64,000 bases of DNA from an uncultured Chloroflexia bacterium (GTDB lineage: Bacteria; Chloroflexota; Anaerolineae; CG2-30-64-16), in contig CAWEMM010000011.1 of the NCBI GenBank assembly GCA_963810095.1, positions 32,001-96,000 on the forward strand. The letters are read 5' to 3'. The position numbers and the translations under genes were made by a program. The stretch's first letter is position 1; every line of letters starts with the position of its first letter. The notes under the pieces were generated by a model. It had not been told where the DNA came from. It searched no databases and saw only the letters and a program-made list of their open reading frames with translations. This document shows, one piece after another, positions 1 to 9,260 of the stretch.

Positions 1-1
1 C

Positions 2-889
2 GTGGAACTGCGGCTCTGGCCCGAGTACGACGACCCTGGTGTGCTGGTGATCGTTTCCGGGCAGCTTGCCGACGGTGTCTCGTTCCCCTTCCAGGCATCG
101 TTCCCGCTGCCCGCCGGCGCTCGCAACATCCAAGCCACCTACCAGGATGCGTCGGGCTCGCTGATCAACCGGCCGTTTGAAGTCAAAGACGGCAACCTGA
201 CCTACGAACTGCCATCGGCGGGCTTTCATTACGAATATTATGTAGACCGTGCGCCCTCGGGTGACGAGCGGAACATTGCCTACCAATTCGTCGCCCCGTA
301 TGCGGTCGACGCGCTGACGGTCGCCGTGCAGCAGCCGGCCCGGGCTACGGGCTTTGCGCTCACGCCCGCAGCCGAAAGCTCGGAGACCGGCCAGGACGGG
401 CTGACGTATCACGTTCTCAACCGCCGCAACCTGGCGGCCGGCGAGAAGGTCGACATCGGCATCCGCTACGCAAAGACCGACACCGGTCTGAGTGCGCCGC
501 AGCTGGCGGTCGCCGCAACTGGCTCTGCCGGGCAGGCGACGACCGGCCCGGCCCCGGCGGCGGCCGGTGGGTCGACCGGCGTGATGAGCTGGCTGCCGTG
601 GCTGCTGATCGGCCTGGGGCTGGCGCTGGGCGCAGCCGCGCTGGTCTACTGGTTGGTTGTTGCGCGGCCGCGGGCTGCGCCGGCGAGTGCAAGCGCAGCG
701 AAGAGCGGTGCGCCTGTGAAGCCGCAACCGGCGGCACGCGGCCAGGCGGTTCGGCCGGCAGCACCCGCTCGTGCGGCACCCCGGCCCGAGCCTGCGGCCG
801 AGCCCGTCAGCTTCTGCACCAATTGCGGCCACGGCCTGAAAGCCGAAGACCGCTTCTGCTCGCAGTGCGGCGCGCCACGGCGCACTTAG
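2..889 (+). CDS. Membrane protein with extracytoplasmic N-terminal domain, TM helix, Pro/Ala linker and C-terminal zinc ribbon (5' truncated by window edge)
   Basis: TM WLPWLLIGLGLALGAAALVYWLVV; terminal CTNCG...FCSQCG zinc ribbon; directly upstream of ccmH. Confidence 0.75.
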   Translation: MELRLWPEYDDPGVLVIVSGQLADGVSFPFQASFPLPAGARNIQATYQDASGSLINRPFEVKDGNLTYELPSAGFHYEYYVDRAPSGDERNIAYQFVAPYAVDALTVAVQQPARATGFALTPAAESSETGQDGLTYHVLNRRNLAAGEKVDIGIRYAKTDTGLSAPQLAVAATGSAGQATTGPAPAAAGGSTGVMSWLPWLLIGLGLALGAAALVYWLVVARPRAAPASASAAKSGAPVKPQPAARGQAVRPAAPARAAPRPEPAAEPVSFCTNCGHGLKAEDRFCSQCGAPRRT

Positions 890-968
890 GCGCCCGAACC
901 CACGTGGCAGCCCGACCCCTGGTGGGGCGCACGGCCGCGAGGGTCTGATGCGAAATAGGAGTTGCGCT

Positions 969-1484
969 ATGCGCAAGACAGTCTACCTGGCCCTGGCGTT
1001 GGTCGCACTGCTCGGCCTGAGCGTGCCGCTTGCCGGCGCGCAGACGCCCACGCCGAACCAGATCAACGACGTGGCAAAGGATTTGTGGTGCCCGCTGTGC
1101 AACGGCGTGCGGCTGGACAACTGCGAGCTGCAGGCCTGCGTCCAGATCCGCGAGCTGATCGGCCAGAAGCTCGAGGCGGGCGAGAGCAAGGACGCGATCA
1201 AGGCGTATTTCGTCCAGCAGTACGGTGACGTCGTGCTGGGTCAGCCCCCACGCGAGGGCTTCAACCTGATCGCCTACATTTTCCCGTTCCTGGCAGCCGC
1301 TATCGGCCTCGCCTGGGTGGTCTACCTGGTTCTCTCCTGGCGCAGGCGCCAGACGGCCAATGTCGCGGCTGCGGCGGCCGCCGAGGCCCGGCCCGGCGCC
1401 GGTCCGAGCGCGAGCCGTAAGCCGGGCGAAGAGTCGGACGAATACATGAAACGCGTCGAGCGCGAACTGCGCGATACGGAATAG
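969..1484 (+). CDS. ccmH: Cytochrome c-type biogenesis protein CcmH
   Basis: Signal peptide; LWCPLC motif (cf. LRCxxC); [16 protein letters not shown] followed by a TM helix. Confidence 0.88.
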   Translation: MRKTVYLALALVALLGLSVPLAGAQTPTPNQINDVAKDLWCPLCNGVRLDNCELQACVQIRELIGQKLEAGESKDAIKAYFVQQYGDVVLGQPPREGFNLIAYIFPFLAAAIGLAWVVYLVLSWRRRQTANVAAAAAAEARPGAGPSASRKPGEESDEYMKRVERELRDTE

Positions 1485-1492
1485 ACGAAGCT

Positions 1493-2117
1493 ATGACAAC
1501 TTTCGAAGAACCCGCCGGGAGCAATTCGGCCCCGGACGCCACCGCAGAAGAACCCGTCGCCCAGGTGCCAGCCAAGCGCAAGGTTCCTGCCTTCTTCATC
1601 GTCCTCGGTGTCGGCATCCTCTTCCTCGGCGGCCTGCTTGCCGTGATGTTGATCAAGCCACCGCAGAAGAGCCTGTGCGACGAGGTCGCGCCGGACTGGA
1701 CGCTGACCCTGTTCCCCGAATACAAGGGCGGCGTGCAAAGCGACACCGTTAGCCTCGCCGACCTGAAGGGCAAGGGCGTCGTCCTCAATTTCTGGGCCAG
1801 CTGGTGCGGGCCCTGCGAGCAAGAAGCCGCGGAGCTCGAGGCGGCGTGGCAGAAGTACAAGGATAAGGGCATCGTGTTCATCGGCGTGGACTATCTTGAC
1901 CAGGACCCCGCCGCGAAGCGATACCTGCGAGAAATTCGGAATCACCTATCCGAACGGGCCGGACCTCGCCAGCAAGGTCTCGAAGCGCTACACAATCCGT
2001 GGCGTGCCCGAAACGTTCTTCATCGATCCGCAGGGCAAGCTCGTCGGCTGCCGCCAGATCGGCCCATTCACCGGCGACGGCAGCCTCGATCAGCGGATCG
2101 CGGAGATCATGCCCTAA
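1493..2117 (+). CDS. TlpA/CcmG-family thiol-disulfide oxidoreductase (frameshift near 1930)
   Basis: N-terminal TM; [13 protein letters not shown]; C-terminus FGITYPNG...GVPETFFID lies in ORF 1896..2117. Confidence 0.85.
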
Positions 2118-2134
2118 TGAGAACGGACTCCTTG

Positions 2135-2212
2135 CCACAAAGACACGAAGTCACAAAGGCTGATTTGTCCGAAGGACACTTCGCGCGCCCTTGTGTCTTG
2201 GTGGCTTCGTGG
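2135..2212. repeat. REP-like imperfect inverted repeat, CCACAAAGACAC family
   Basis: ccacaaagacacgaagtcacaaagg (2135-2159) pairs with cccttgtgtcttggtggcttcgtgg (2188-2212). Confidence 0.75.
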
Positions 2213-2240
2213 TGAGAAACCCGCTCCCTTGGAGTGTAAA

Positions 2241-4286
2241 ATGACTGACCTTGGTTATATCGCCCTGGTGCTGGCATTTGTACTGAGCATCTACGGTATC
2301 GCCGTTTCGATCGTCGGCGCGCGGCGCAATCAGCTGGCGTTCGTCAACAGCGGGCGCAATGCCGTATACGTCGTCAGCGGGCTGGTCATCTTCGCAGCCC
2401 TGCTCATGTGGCGCGCGCTGCTGACCAACGAGTTCCAGATCGACTTCGTCCAGGGGCACAGCGAAGTCGCCTTGCCGACTCTCTTCAAGATTTCGGCCCT
2501 GTGGGGCGGCCAGGCCGGCTCGCTGCTGTTCTGGAGCGTGCTCGCGTCGGTGATGGCGATCTCCGCAGTGTGGTTCTTCCGCCGCGACCAGCCCAGCCTC
2601 AAGCCCTGGGTGAACGTGGTTCTCCTGATCTACATCGGCTTCTTCATGAGCCTGCTGCTGTTCGCCGAGAACCCCTTCAACCGCCTGTGGCGCGTTGGCG
2701 GGCAGATGGCGACCGCCGTGTTCCCGCCGACGGGGGCCACCCCGCTCGTACCTGCGGACGGCCAGGGCCTGAACCCACAGCTGCAGAACTACTGGATGGT
2801 GATGCACCCGATCGCGCTCTACTTGGGCTTCGTCGGGATGACCGTGCCATTCGCGTTCGCCGTGGCCGCGCTCGTTACCGGCCAACTCGGCAATTCCTGG
2901 ATCAAGCTGATCCGGCGCTGGACCCTTGTGCCGTGGGCGTTCCTGACGATCGGCATCATCCTCGGCTCGCAGTGGGCGTACATCGAGCTTGGGTGGGGCG
3001 GCTATTGGGCCTGGGACCCTGTCGAAAATGCCTCGTTCCTGCCGTGGCTGACTGCAACCGCGTTTGTCCATAGCATCATGATCCAGGAACGCCGCGGCAT
3101 GCTCAAGGTGTGGAACATGGTGCTGATCGCGCTGACCTGGGAGCTGACGCTGATCGGCACGTTCCTCACCCGCTCGGGCGTGGTGCAGTCGGTGCATTCG
3201 TTTGCGCTGTCGCCGGTGGGCCCCATGTTCCTGGGCTTCATCATCCTCACGCTGCTCGGCTTTATGGCGCTGTTGGCCTGGCGCTGGCCCAAGCTCAAGA
3301 GCGAGAACACGCTCGACGCCGTGCTGTCACGTGAGACAAGCTTCCTGTCGCAAAACGTGATCTTCGTGCTGATCATGGCCGCGACCTTCCTCGGCACCAT
3401 CTTCCCGTCCATCTCTGAGCTGGTGACGGGCGACAAGATCTCGCTCAACGCGCCCTACTTTATGCGCGTGAACGGCCCGATCTTCATGGTGCTGCTGATT
3501 CTGATGGGCGCGGCCCCGCTGCTCGCCTGGCGCCGGTCGGCGCCCGAGACGCTGCGCAGCAACTTCCTGGTCCCCATCGTTGCGGGCCTGGTGAGCGTGC
3601 CCATTATGTACCTGATCGGCAATCGCACGACGGGCGGCTTTGTCGGCGTGGCGATCCTGGTCTTTGTCGCAAGCGGCATCGTCCAGGAGTACGTGCGCGG
3701 CGTGCGAGCGCGCCGGCAGTCTACCGGCGAGCCCGTGCCCACGGCCTTGGTCGGCCTGGTGCGGCGCAACGGTCGCCGTTACGGCGGCTATATCGTCCAC
3801 ATCGGCGTGCTGCTGATCGCACTGGGCATCATCGGGAACGAGTTCTACCAGTCCGAAGGCGAAGCCAACCTGGCGAAGGGCGAGAGCATGACCGTCGCCA
3901 ACTACACCTTGACCTACGAGAAGCTGGACATGGTGCAGGGCCCCAACTACACCGAGCTCATTGCGCCCATGACCGTGACCAAGAACGGCCGCCCGATCGG
4001 CGAGATTCTCCCGAAAAAGCACGTCTACGATAAGAACCCCGAGCAACCGATGAGCGAGGTGGGCCTGCGGCCCGGGCTCGTCGAAGACGTGTACGTGGTG
4101 CTGGCCGGTTGGGACAACAACGGCGCCACCGCCTCGTTCAAGGTGTTCGTCAACCCGCTCATGTCGTGGATGTGGATCGGGGGCATCGTCATGATGATCG
4201 GCGTCCTGATTTCGGCCTGGCCGCGTCGCGTCGCCTCCACCGCCGAGGCTACCCGCCGCGTCCCCGAAGGCGCGCAGACGGCGTAG
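2241..4286 (+). CDS. ccmF: Heme lyase CcmF/NrfE family subunit
   Basis: WWD motif WAYIELGWGGYWAWDPVENASFLPWL; GLNPQLQN..M.MHP; SVHSFA; ATG preceded by GGAG. Confidence 0.96.
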   Translation: MTDLGYIALVLAFVLSIYGIAVSIVGARRNQLAFVNSGRNAVYVVSGLVIFAALLMWRALLTNEFQIDFVQGHSEVALPTLFKISALWGGQAGSLLFWSVLASVMAISAVWFFRRDQPSLKPWVNVVLLIYIGFFMSLLLFAENPFNRLWRVGGQMATAVFPPTGATPLVPADGQGLNPQLQNYWMVMHPIALYLGFVGMTVPFAFAVAALVTGQLGNSWIKLIRRWTLVPWAFLTIGIILGSQWAYIELGWGGYWAWDPVENASFLPWLTATAFVHSIMIQERRGMLKVWNMVLIALTWELTLIGTFLTRSGVVQSVHSFALSPVGPMFLGFIILTLLGFMALLAWRWPKLKSENTLDAVLSRETSFLSQNVIFVLIMAATFLGTIFPSISELVTGDKISLNAPYFMRVNGPIFMVLLILMGAAPLLAWRRSAPETLRSNFLVPIVAGLVSVPIMYLIGNRTTGGFVGVAILVFVASGIVQEYVRGVRARRQSTGEPVPTALVGLVRRNGRRYGGYIVHIGVLLIALGIIGNEFYQSEGEANLAKGESMTVANYTLTYEKLDMVQGPNYTELIAPMTVTKNGRPIGEILPKKHVYDKNPEQPMSEVGLRPGLVEDVYVVLAGWDNNGATASFKVFVNPLMSWMWIGGIVMMIGVLISAWPRRVASTAEATRRVPEGAQTA

Positions 4287-4295
4287 CTGTTTTTC

Positions 4296-4366
4296 ACCAC
4301 AAAGACTCAAAGACACGAAGCTACACTAGACCTTTGTGCAGCTTCGTGTCTTCGGGGCTTCGTGGT
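4296..4366. repeat. REP-like imperfect inverted repeat, CCACAAAGAC family
   Basis: accacaaagactcaaagacacgaagct ... agcttcgtgtcttcggggcttcgtggt. Confidence 0.75.
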
Positions 4367-4387
4367 TAGCCAACTCTGGATGACCTA

Positions 4388-4990
4388 ATGAATGCGATTG
4401 TTTTTATTGCCCTGGCCGCGGTCCTGATCGGCCTGGCTTTCTACCTGGTGGCGCGGCCGCTGATCCAGGAGGCGCAACGGCAGTCTGGCCCTGCGCCCGT
4501 GGTATCAGAGCAGGAACGCCTGCAGGAGCTGCTGGCCCAGCGCGACGCAGCCTTCCAGGCCCTGCGTGAGTTGAACTTCGACTACAAGGTCGGCAAGATC
4601 ACCGACGACGATTATGTCGCGTTCGAAGCCAACCTGAAGCAAAACGCCGCGCAGACGCTCCGCGCGCTGGATCAGTGGGAAGCCGAGACCGACGACGACC
4701 TCGACTCGGCCATGGAGGATGCGATCCTCACCCGCAGGAGCGCGCTGGCATCGAGCGAAGTCGCGGAGCCAGACGGCCGCACATGTCCAAAGTGCGGACG
4801 TCCCGCGCTCGACGGCGACAAGTTCTGCGCCAGGTGCGGGACGACCCTGCCCGCATTTGCCGCGCCTGCGGCCCCGGCAAGCACGGGGCTTGCCTGCCCG
4901 AAATGCGGGGAACCGCACACGGCGTCCGACAAGTTCTGCCCGAAGTGCGGACAGTCGCTGCTGGCCGAGGTGGCGCCGGCTGCGCAGTAG
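4388..4990 (+). CDS. CcmI-like N-terminal membrane protein with double zinc ribbon
   Basis: N-terminal TM; LRELNFDYKVGKITDDDY segment resembling the CcmI N-terminus; CPKCG..FCARCG and CPKCG..FCPKCG. Confidence 0.7.
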   Translation: MNAIVFIALAAVLIGLAFYLVARPLIQEAQRQSGPAPVVSEQERLQELLAQRDAAFQALRELNFDYKVGKITDDDYVAFEANLKQNAAQTLRALDQWEAETDDDLDSAMEDAILTRRSALASSEVAEPDGRTCPKCGRPALDGDKFCARCGTTLPAFAAPAAPASTGLACPKCGEPHTASDKFCPKCGQSLLAEVAPAAQ

Positions 4991-5040
4991 TTGAGGGTGC
5001 GGCCAATGCATAGCACCGGGCGGACTGCGGGAACGCCTTC

Positions 5041-5073
5041 AGACCGTCGGGGTCTTCCAGACCCCGACGGTCT
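5041..5073. repeat. Perfect 15-bp-stem hairpin between the ccm cluster and glnE
   Basis: agaccgtcggggtct-tcc-agaccccgacggtct; no U-tract. Confidence 0.7.
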
Positions 5074-5100
5074 CTTGCGCAAAAGGCTGCACTAACGCCC

Positions 5101-8100
5101 ATGCCTCCTGACCTGCCCCCCGCGATCGCGGCAGCACTGGCCGCCTCTGCGAGCCCGGAGCGCGCCGAGGTCAACTTCGAGCGCTTACTCAACTCGAGCC
5201 CGGAACCCTCAGAGGTCATACAAGCGCTGGTCGACGACCCCCACACGGTCGAAGCGCTGGTCGCGGTGCTCTCCAGCAGCCAGTTCCTGACCGAAATCCT
5301 GCTGCGCAATCCGGGTTACCTCGCGCTGCTCGCCGCACGCAGCGGCCTCGCCCAGATCAAGACCGCGGGCTGGCTGCGCGCCGGGGCCCGCAATGCCACC
5401 GACCCGTTCCTGACCGGTGAAGCGAACGATCCCGAAGCCGCCCTCGATGCGCTGCGGCGTTATCAACAGCGGGAGCTGCTGCGTATCGGCGCGGCAGACC
5501 TCGCCGGGCTCGTCGAGCTGGCGTCCGTGACAAACCAGCTCTCCCTGCTCGCCGACGCCATCGTCCAGACTGCCCTCGAGATCGTCGCCGCCCGCCTCGA
5601 TATCGCGCCTGACGGTTTTGTGGTCGTCGCAATGGGCAAGCTGGGCGGCCTGGAACTTAACTACAGCTCGGACATCGACCTCATCTTTGTGTGCGACGAC
5701 GACGGGAACGGACGGGACGGGGCCGAGGAGGCCCAGGACCGCTGGCGCCGCCTGGGCGAGCAGCTAGTCGTGGCCCTGACCCGCGCAACCTCGGAAGGCT
5801 TCCTGTATCGCGTCGACATGCGCCTGCGGCCGTGGGGCCGGGTGGGCCCCCTCGTGTCGACCCGCGCGGGCTATCTGAAGTACCTCCGCGAACATGCCCG
5901 GCTGTGGGAAAAGCAGGCGCTCTTGCGCGGGCGTCCCAGCGCGGGCGACCTTGGTCTCGGCCGTGCTCTGCTCAGCGAAGCCGAGCCGCTGCTGTTTGCC
6001 TCGGGCGAGGAAGCAGTGCGCCGCGAGGTGCACGGCATGAAGCTGGAGACCGAGGCGCAGCTGCGCCGGGCCGGCCGCATCTGGGGTGAGGTGAAGCTGG
6101 GTGAGGGCTCGATCCGAGACGCGGAATTCGTCGTGCAATACCTCCAGCTGGCCTACGGGGGCCGCAGCGAGGAACTGCGTACTGGGAACACCCTCGAAGC
6201 CATGAACAGGCTTGCCGAGCTTGACCTGCTCTCGCCGGGCGAACACCGCGTCCTCGCCGAAGGCTACACCTTCCTGCGCACGGTCGAACACTACCTGCAG
6301 ATCCTGGAATACCGCCAGACCCACTCCTTGCCCGAGGCGCCGGCCGATCTGAAGTACCTCGCGCGGCGGCTTGGGTTCACCGGGCGGCGAGCCGCCGAGG
6401 CGTTCCTGGCGCGGTACGAGCAGCACTCAGCGGCCGTGCGGGCGGTGTACCTGCGCCACCTGGCCGGCGCGGCCGCTGAGAAACCCGGTTTGCCTGATAG
6501 CGGCTTCCTTGACGCTGGAGACTTAGCAATGATGCTAGAAAACGCCGATTCGCCTTCGCCGGCAGCCCGGACACACATGGCCCGCCTCGCGCCCTCATAT
6601 GCCGCAACGTTCGACCCCACGGAGATCGAGCGGCATGCGCTCATGGCTGCCCGGCTCGACGTCGGGCAGCCGGTCGCCGTCGAGACAGAGCGGCTGGACG
6701 GGGCGCGAACGCGCGTCACGATCGTCGGTTTCGACTACCTCGGCGAACTGAGTGCGATCTGCGGTCTGTTGTTCGCCTATGGCTACAGCATCATCGACGG
6801 TTATGTCTACACCTACGAGCAGAATGCGGCCGCCCGCGAGCAGCGGAAGATCGTCGACGTATTCACGGTGAGCGCAGTGGATCCGGACTCGGCGGGCGAC
6901 AACTGGCAAGCCTACGAAATCGACCTGCTGCGCCTGATCCGTCTGCTGCAGGACCGCCAGCAGCGTGCGGCCCAAGGCGAGCTGGCGAAGCGGGTGGCAG
7001 GTGCGCTGCGCCTCCGCGAACACGCCGCGCCGGCCCTCCCGCCTGTCGAAATCGAGATCGACAACGACGCGTCGGAGCGCTACACCGTGCTCCAGATCAG
7101 CGCGCCCGACACGCCGGGCTTCCTGTACGAGTTCACGAACGCGCTCGCGCTTTCTGGTGTCCACATCAGCCAGGTGTTCGTCATCTCGACGGGCGCCCGA
7201 GTGCGCGACACCCTCTTCGTCACCGACAGCCGGGGCGAAAAGATCACGAGCGAGGAGCGGCAGCGCGAGCTGCGGGCGGCAACTGTGCTCATCAAGCACT
7301 TCACCCACCTGCTGCCGCGCTCGCCCAACCCCGAGTCCGCGCTGATCCATTTCCATGAGTATCTCAGCGATCTTTTCAGCAGGCCCTCGTGGCCCGATGA
7401 GCTTGCGTCGCTCGAGCGCCCGGAGGTGCTGGACGCGCTGGCCCGGCTGCTCGGCGTCTCCGACTTCCTGTGGGACGACTTCCTGCGGATGCAGTATGAG
7501 AACTTGTTCCCTGTCGTAACAAACGTCGAAGGGTTGGCGCAGGCCAAGACCGCGCAGGACCTCAGGCTGGAGCTCGCGCCGGCGCTCTTGGCCGGCAGTT
7601 GGCGGCACGCGCTCAACGAGTTCAAAGATCGCGAGATGTTCCGCATCGACATGCGCGACATCCTCGGCCAGACGCCCAGCTTCGATGCGTTCTCGGGCGA
7701 ACTGACGGACCTTGTAGAAGTCGTCCTCGATGCGGCAGTTCAGCAGGTCGAGCGGGAGTTACGCGCCCAGTACGGCGCGCCGCTCGACGAGGCAGGACGC
7801 CCCGCCCGGCTGGCGCTGGCCGCCCTCGGCAAGTGCGGCGGCCGCGAGCTGGGTTTCGCCTCCGATATCGAGCTCATGTTCGTATTTGCGGGCGCGGACA
7901 ACAGGGGGTTCGGGGAGACGTCGGGGCCCCGGGTGATTCAGACGCCGGAATACTACGAGAAGCTGGTGGTTGAAACAACGCGGGCGATCTCCGCTCGTCG
8001 CGAGGGCATTTTTGAGATCGACCTGCAGCTGCGGCCGTATGGCAAGGCGGGCAGCCTCGCCGTCTCGCTCGAAGCCTTCCGCAAGTACTTCGCCCCCGGT

Positions 8101-8685
8101 GGGCCGGCTTGGCCCTACGAACGGCAGGCGCTGGTCAAGCTCCGCTGCATCGGCCGGCCAGACCGGCCGCAGGACCAGGCACTAGGCCGCGAACTCGAAG
8201 CTTTACGGGATAGCTACATCTACACCGGAGCGGCGTTTGACGTCGCAGCCATGCGAGCGATGCGCGAGCGGCAGCTGCGCCACCTGGTCGAAGCGGGGCG
8301 GATCAACGCCAAGTTCAGCAAGGGCGGGCTGGTCGACCTGGAGTACATCGTGCAGGGGCTGCAGATGGCCCACGGCCACCGGCATCCGGGCCTGCGCGTC
8401 ACAAACACGGGCGCAGCGATCGGCGCGCTCGCCGCAGCCGCCATCATCTCGGCCGAGAACGCCGCCCGCCTCGAGGACGCGCTGGGGTTCCTCCGCCATC
8501 TGATCAATGCGCTGCGCATGGTGCGGGGTAACAGCAAGGACTTGACCGTGCCGCCGGTAGACAGCGAGGAGTTCGCGTTCCTCGCCCGCCGCCTAGGTTA
8601 CGGCCATGACGCCGAGCGCCTGGGTGTGACGCTGAACGAGACGATGGGCTGGGTGCAGCGGCTGGAGGGCCGGCTGCTGGGATAA
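5101..8685 (+). CDS. glnE: Glutamine synthetase adenylyltransferase/deadenylase with two internal ACT domains
   Basis: Two nucleotidyltransferase motifs (MGKLGGLELNYSSDIDL; LGKCGGRELGFASDIEL); RVDMRLRPWG and IDLQLRPYG; WEKQAL and YERQAL; central ACT-like segments. Confidence 0.9.
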   Translation: MPPDLPPAIAAALAASASPERAEVNFERLLNSSPEPSEVIQALVDDPHTVEALVAVLSSSQFLTEILLRNPGYLALLAARSGLAQIKTAGWLRAGARNATDPFLTGEANDPEAALDALRRYQQRELLRIGAADLAGLVELASVTNQLSLLADAIVQTALEIVAARLDIAPDGFVVVAMGKLGGLELNYSSDIDLIFVCDDDGNGRDGAEEAQDRWRRLGEQLVVALTRATSEGFLYRVDMRLRPWGRVGPLVSTRAGYLKYLREHARLWEKQALLRGRPSAGDLGLGRALLSEAEPLLFASGEEAVRREVHGMKLETEAQLRRAGRIWGEVKLGEGSIRDAEFVVQYLQLAYGGRSEELRTGNTLEAMNRLAELDLLSPGEHRVLAEGYTFLRTVEHYLQILEYRQTHSLPEAPADLKYLARRLGFTGRRAAEAFLARYEQHSAAVRAVYLRHLAGAAAEKPGLPDSGFLDAGDLAMMLENADSPSPAARTHMARLAPSYAATFDPTEIERHALMAARLDVGQPVAVETERLDGARTRVTIVGFDYLGELSAICGLLFAYGYSIIDGYVYTYEQNAAAREQRKIVDVFTVSAVDPDSAGDNWQAYEIDLLRLIRLLQDRQQRAAQGELAKRVAGALRLREHAAPALPPVEIEIDNDASERYTVLQISAPDTPGFLYEFTNALALSGVHISQVFVISTGARVRDTLFVTDSRGEKITSEERQRELRAATVLIKHFTHLLPRSPNPESALIHFHEYLSDLFSRPSWPDELASLERPEVLDALARLLGVSDFLWDDFLRMQYENLFPVVTNVEGLAQAKTAQDLRLELAPALLAGSWRHALNEFKDREMFRIDMRDILGQTPSFDAFSGELTDLVEVVLDAAVQQVERELRAQYGAPLDEAGRPARLALAALGKCGGRELGFASDIELMFVFAGADNRGFGETSGPRVIQTPEYYEKLVVETTRAISARREGIFEIDLQLRPYGKAGSLAVSLEAFRKYFAPGGPAWPYERQALVKLRCIGRPDRPQDQALGRELEALRDSYIYTGAAFDVAAMRAMRERQLRHLVEAGRINAKFSKGGLVDLEYIVQGLQMAHGHRHPGLRVTNTGAAIGALAAAAIISAENAARLEDALGFLRHLINALRMVRGNSKDLTVPPVDSEEFAFLARRLGYGHDAERLGVTLNETMGWVQRLEGRLLG

Positions 8686-8694
8686 CGGTCCTTA

Positions 8695-9140
8695 CCGGGG
8701 ACCTCTCGCGGCGCACTTCCGATGTGTTTCCTCGCCGGGGACCTCTGGCCCCCAGCGCACTTCCGCTGTGTTTTTAGCCGGGGACCTCTGGCCCCCGGCG
8801 CCCCCGACAAGGGGCTGCGCCCCCTTGACCCCCAAAGCGTCTCGGGGGAAGCGGAATCCGCCGAACAGGCCCGTGGTCCGTCGGCCGAGTGCGGGGCTAA
8901 TCGGGAGGGGTTCGCAGAAACGAGGCGTCGTAGGGCGCGTGACCCAATCGGTCCCTTCAGGGGGAGACCTGGAGCAGAGTGCCCGTGTACTGGCCAAGGA
9001 GCGAAGCCTTTGGGGGTCTCGGGGGCAACGCCCCCGAGGCGGGGGCGGCGGGGGCCAGCCGGCCCTCGCCAAAACCATCGTGCTACGAAAACCGGGCGGC
9101 GGGGCCAGCCGGCCCGCCGAAAAACATCGTGCTGCGAAAA
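8695..9140. repeat. Composite intergenic repeat block between convergent glnE and nirK
   Basis: ccggggacctct units at 8695, 8735, 8778; hairpin aaggggctgcgcccctt-type at 8809-8826; related hairpin near 9018-9037; ~50-nt direct repeat at ~9043 and ~9094. Confidence 0.7.
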
Positions 9141-9260
9141 TGGGCACGGCCCTGCCATTAGCAGAATCCACGAACGCGTGCAGCCAGTCCCCGCCTCGGA
9201 GCCCAAACTCATTGCGAGGCAAGCACGGGCGAGCTAATGCTCGCCCCTACATGCGCAACC

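Noticed and set aside
5041-5073. Hairpin as an intrinsic terminator
   Set aside because: There is no U-tract on either side, so it is kept only as a palindromic repeat.
8695-8800. Three ~40-nt-period repeats as a mini CRISPR array
   Set aside because: The intervening sequences resemble each other rather than being unique spacers, and no cas genes are present in the window.
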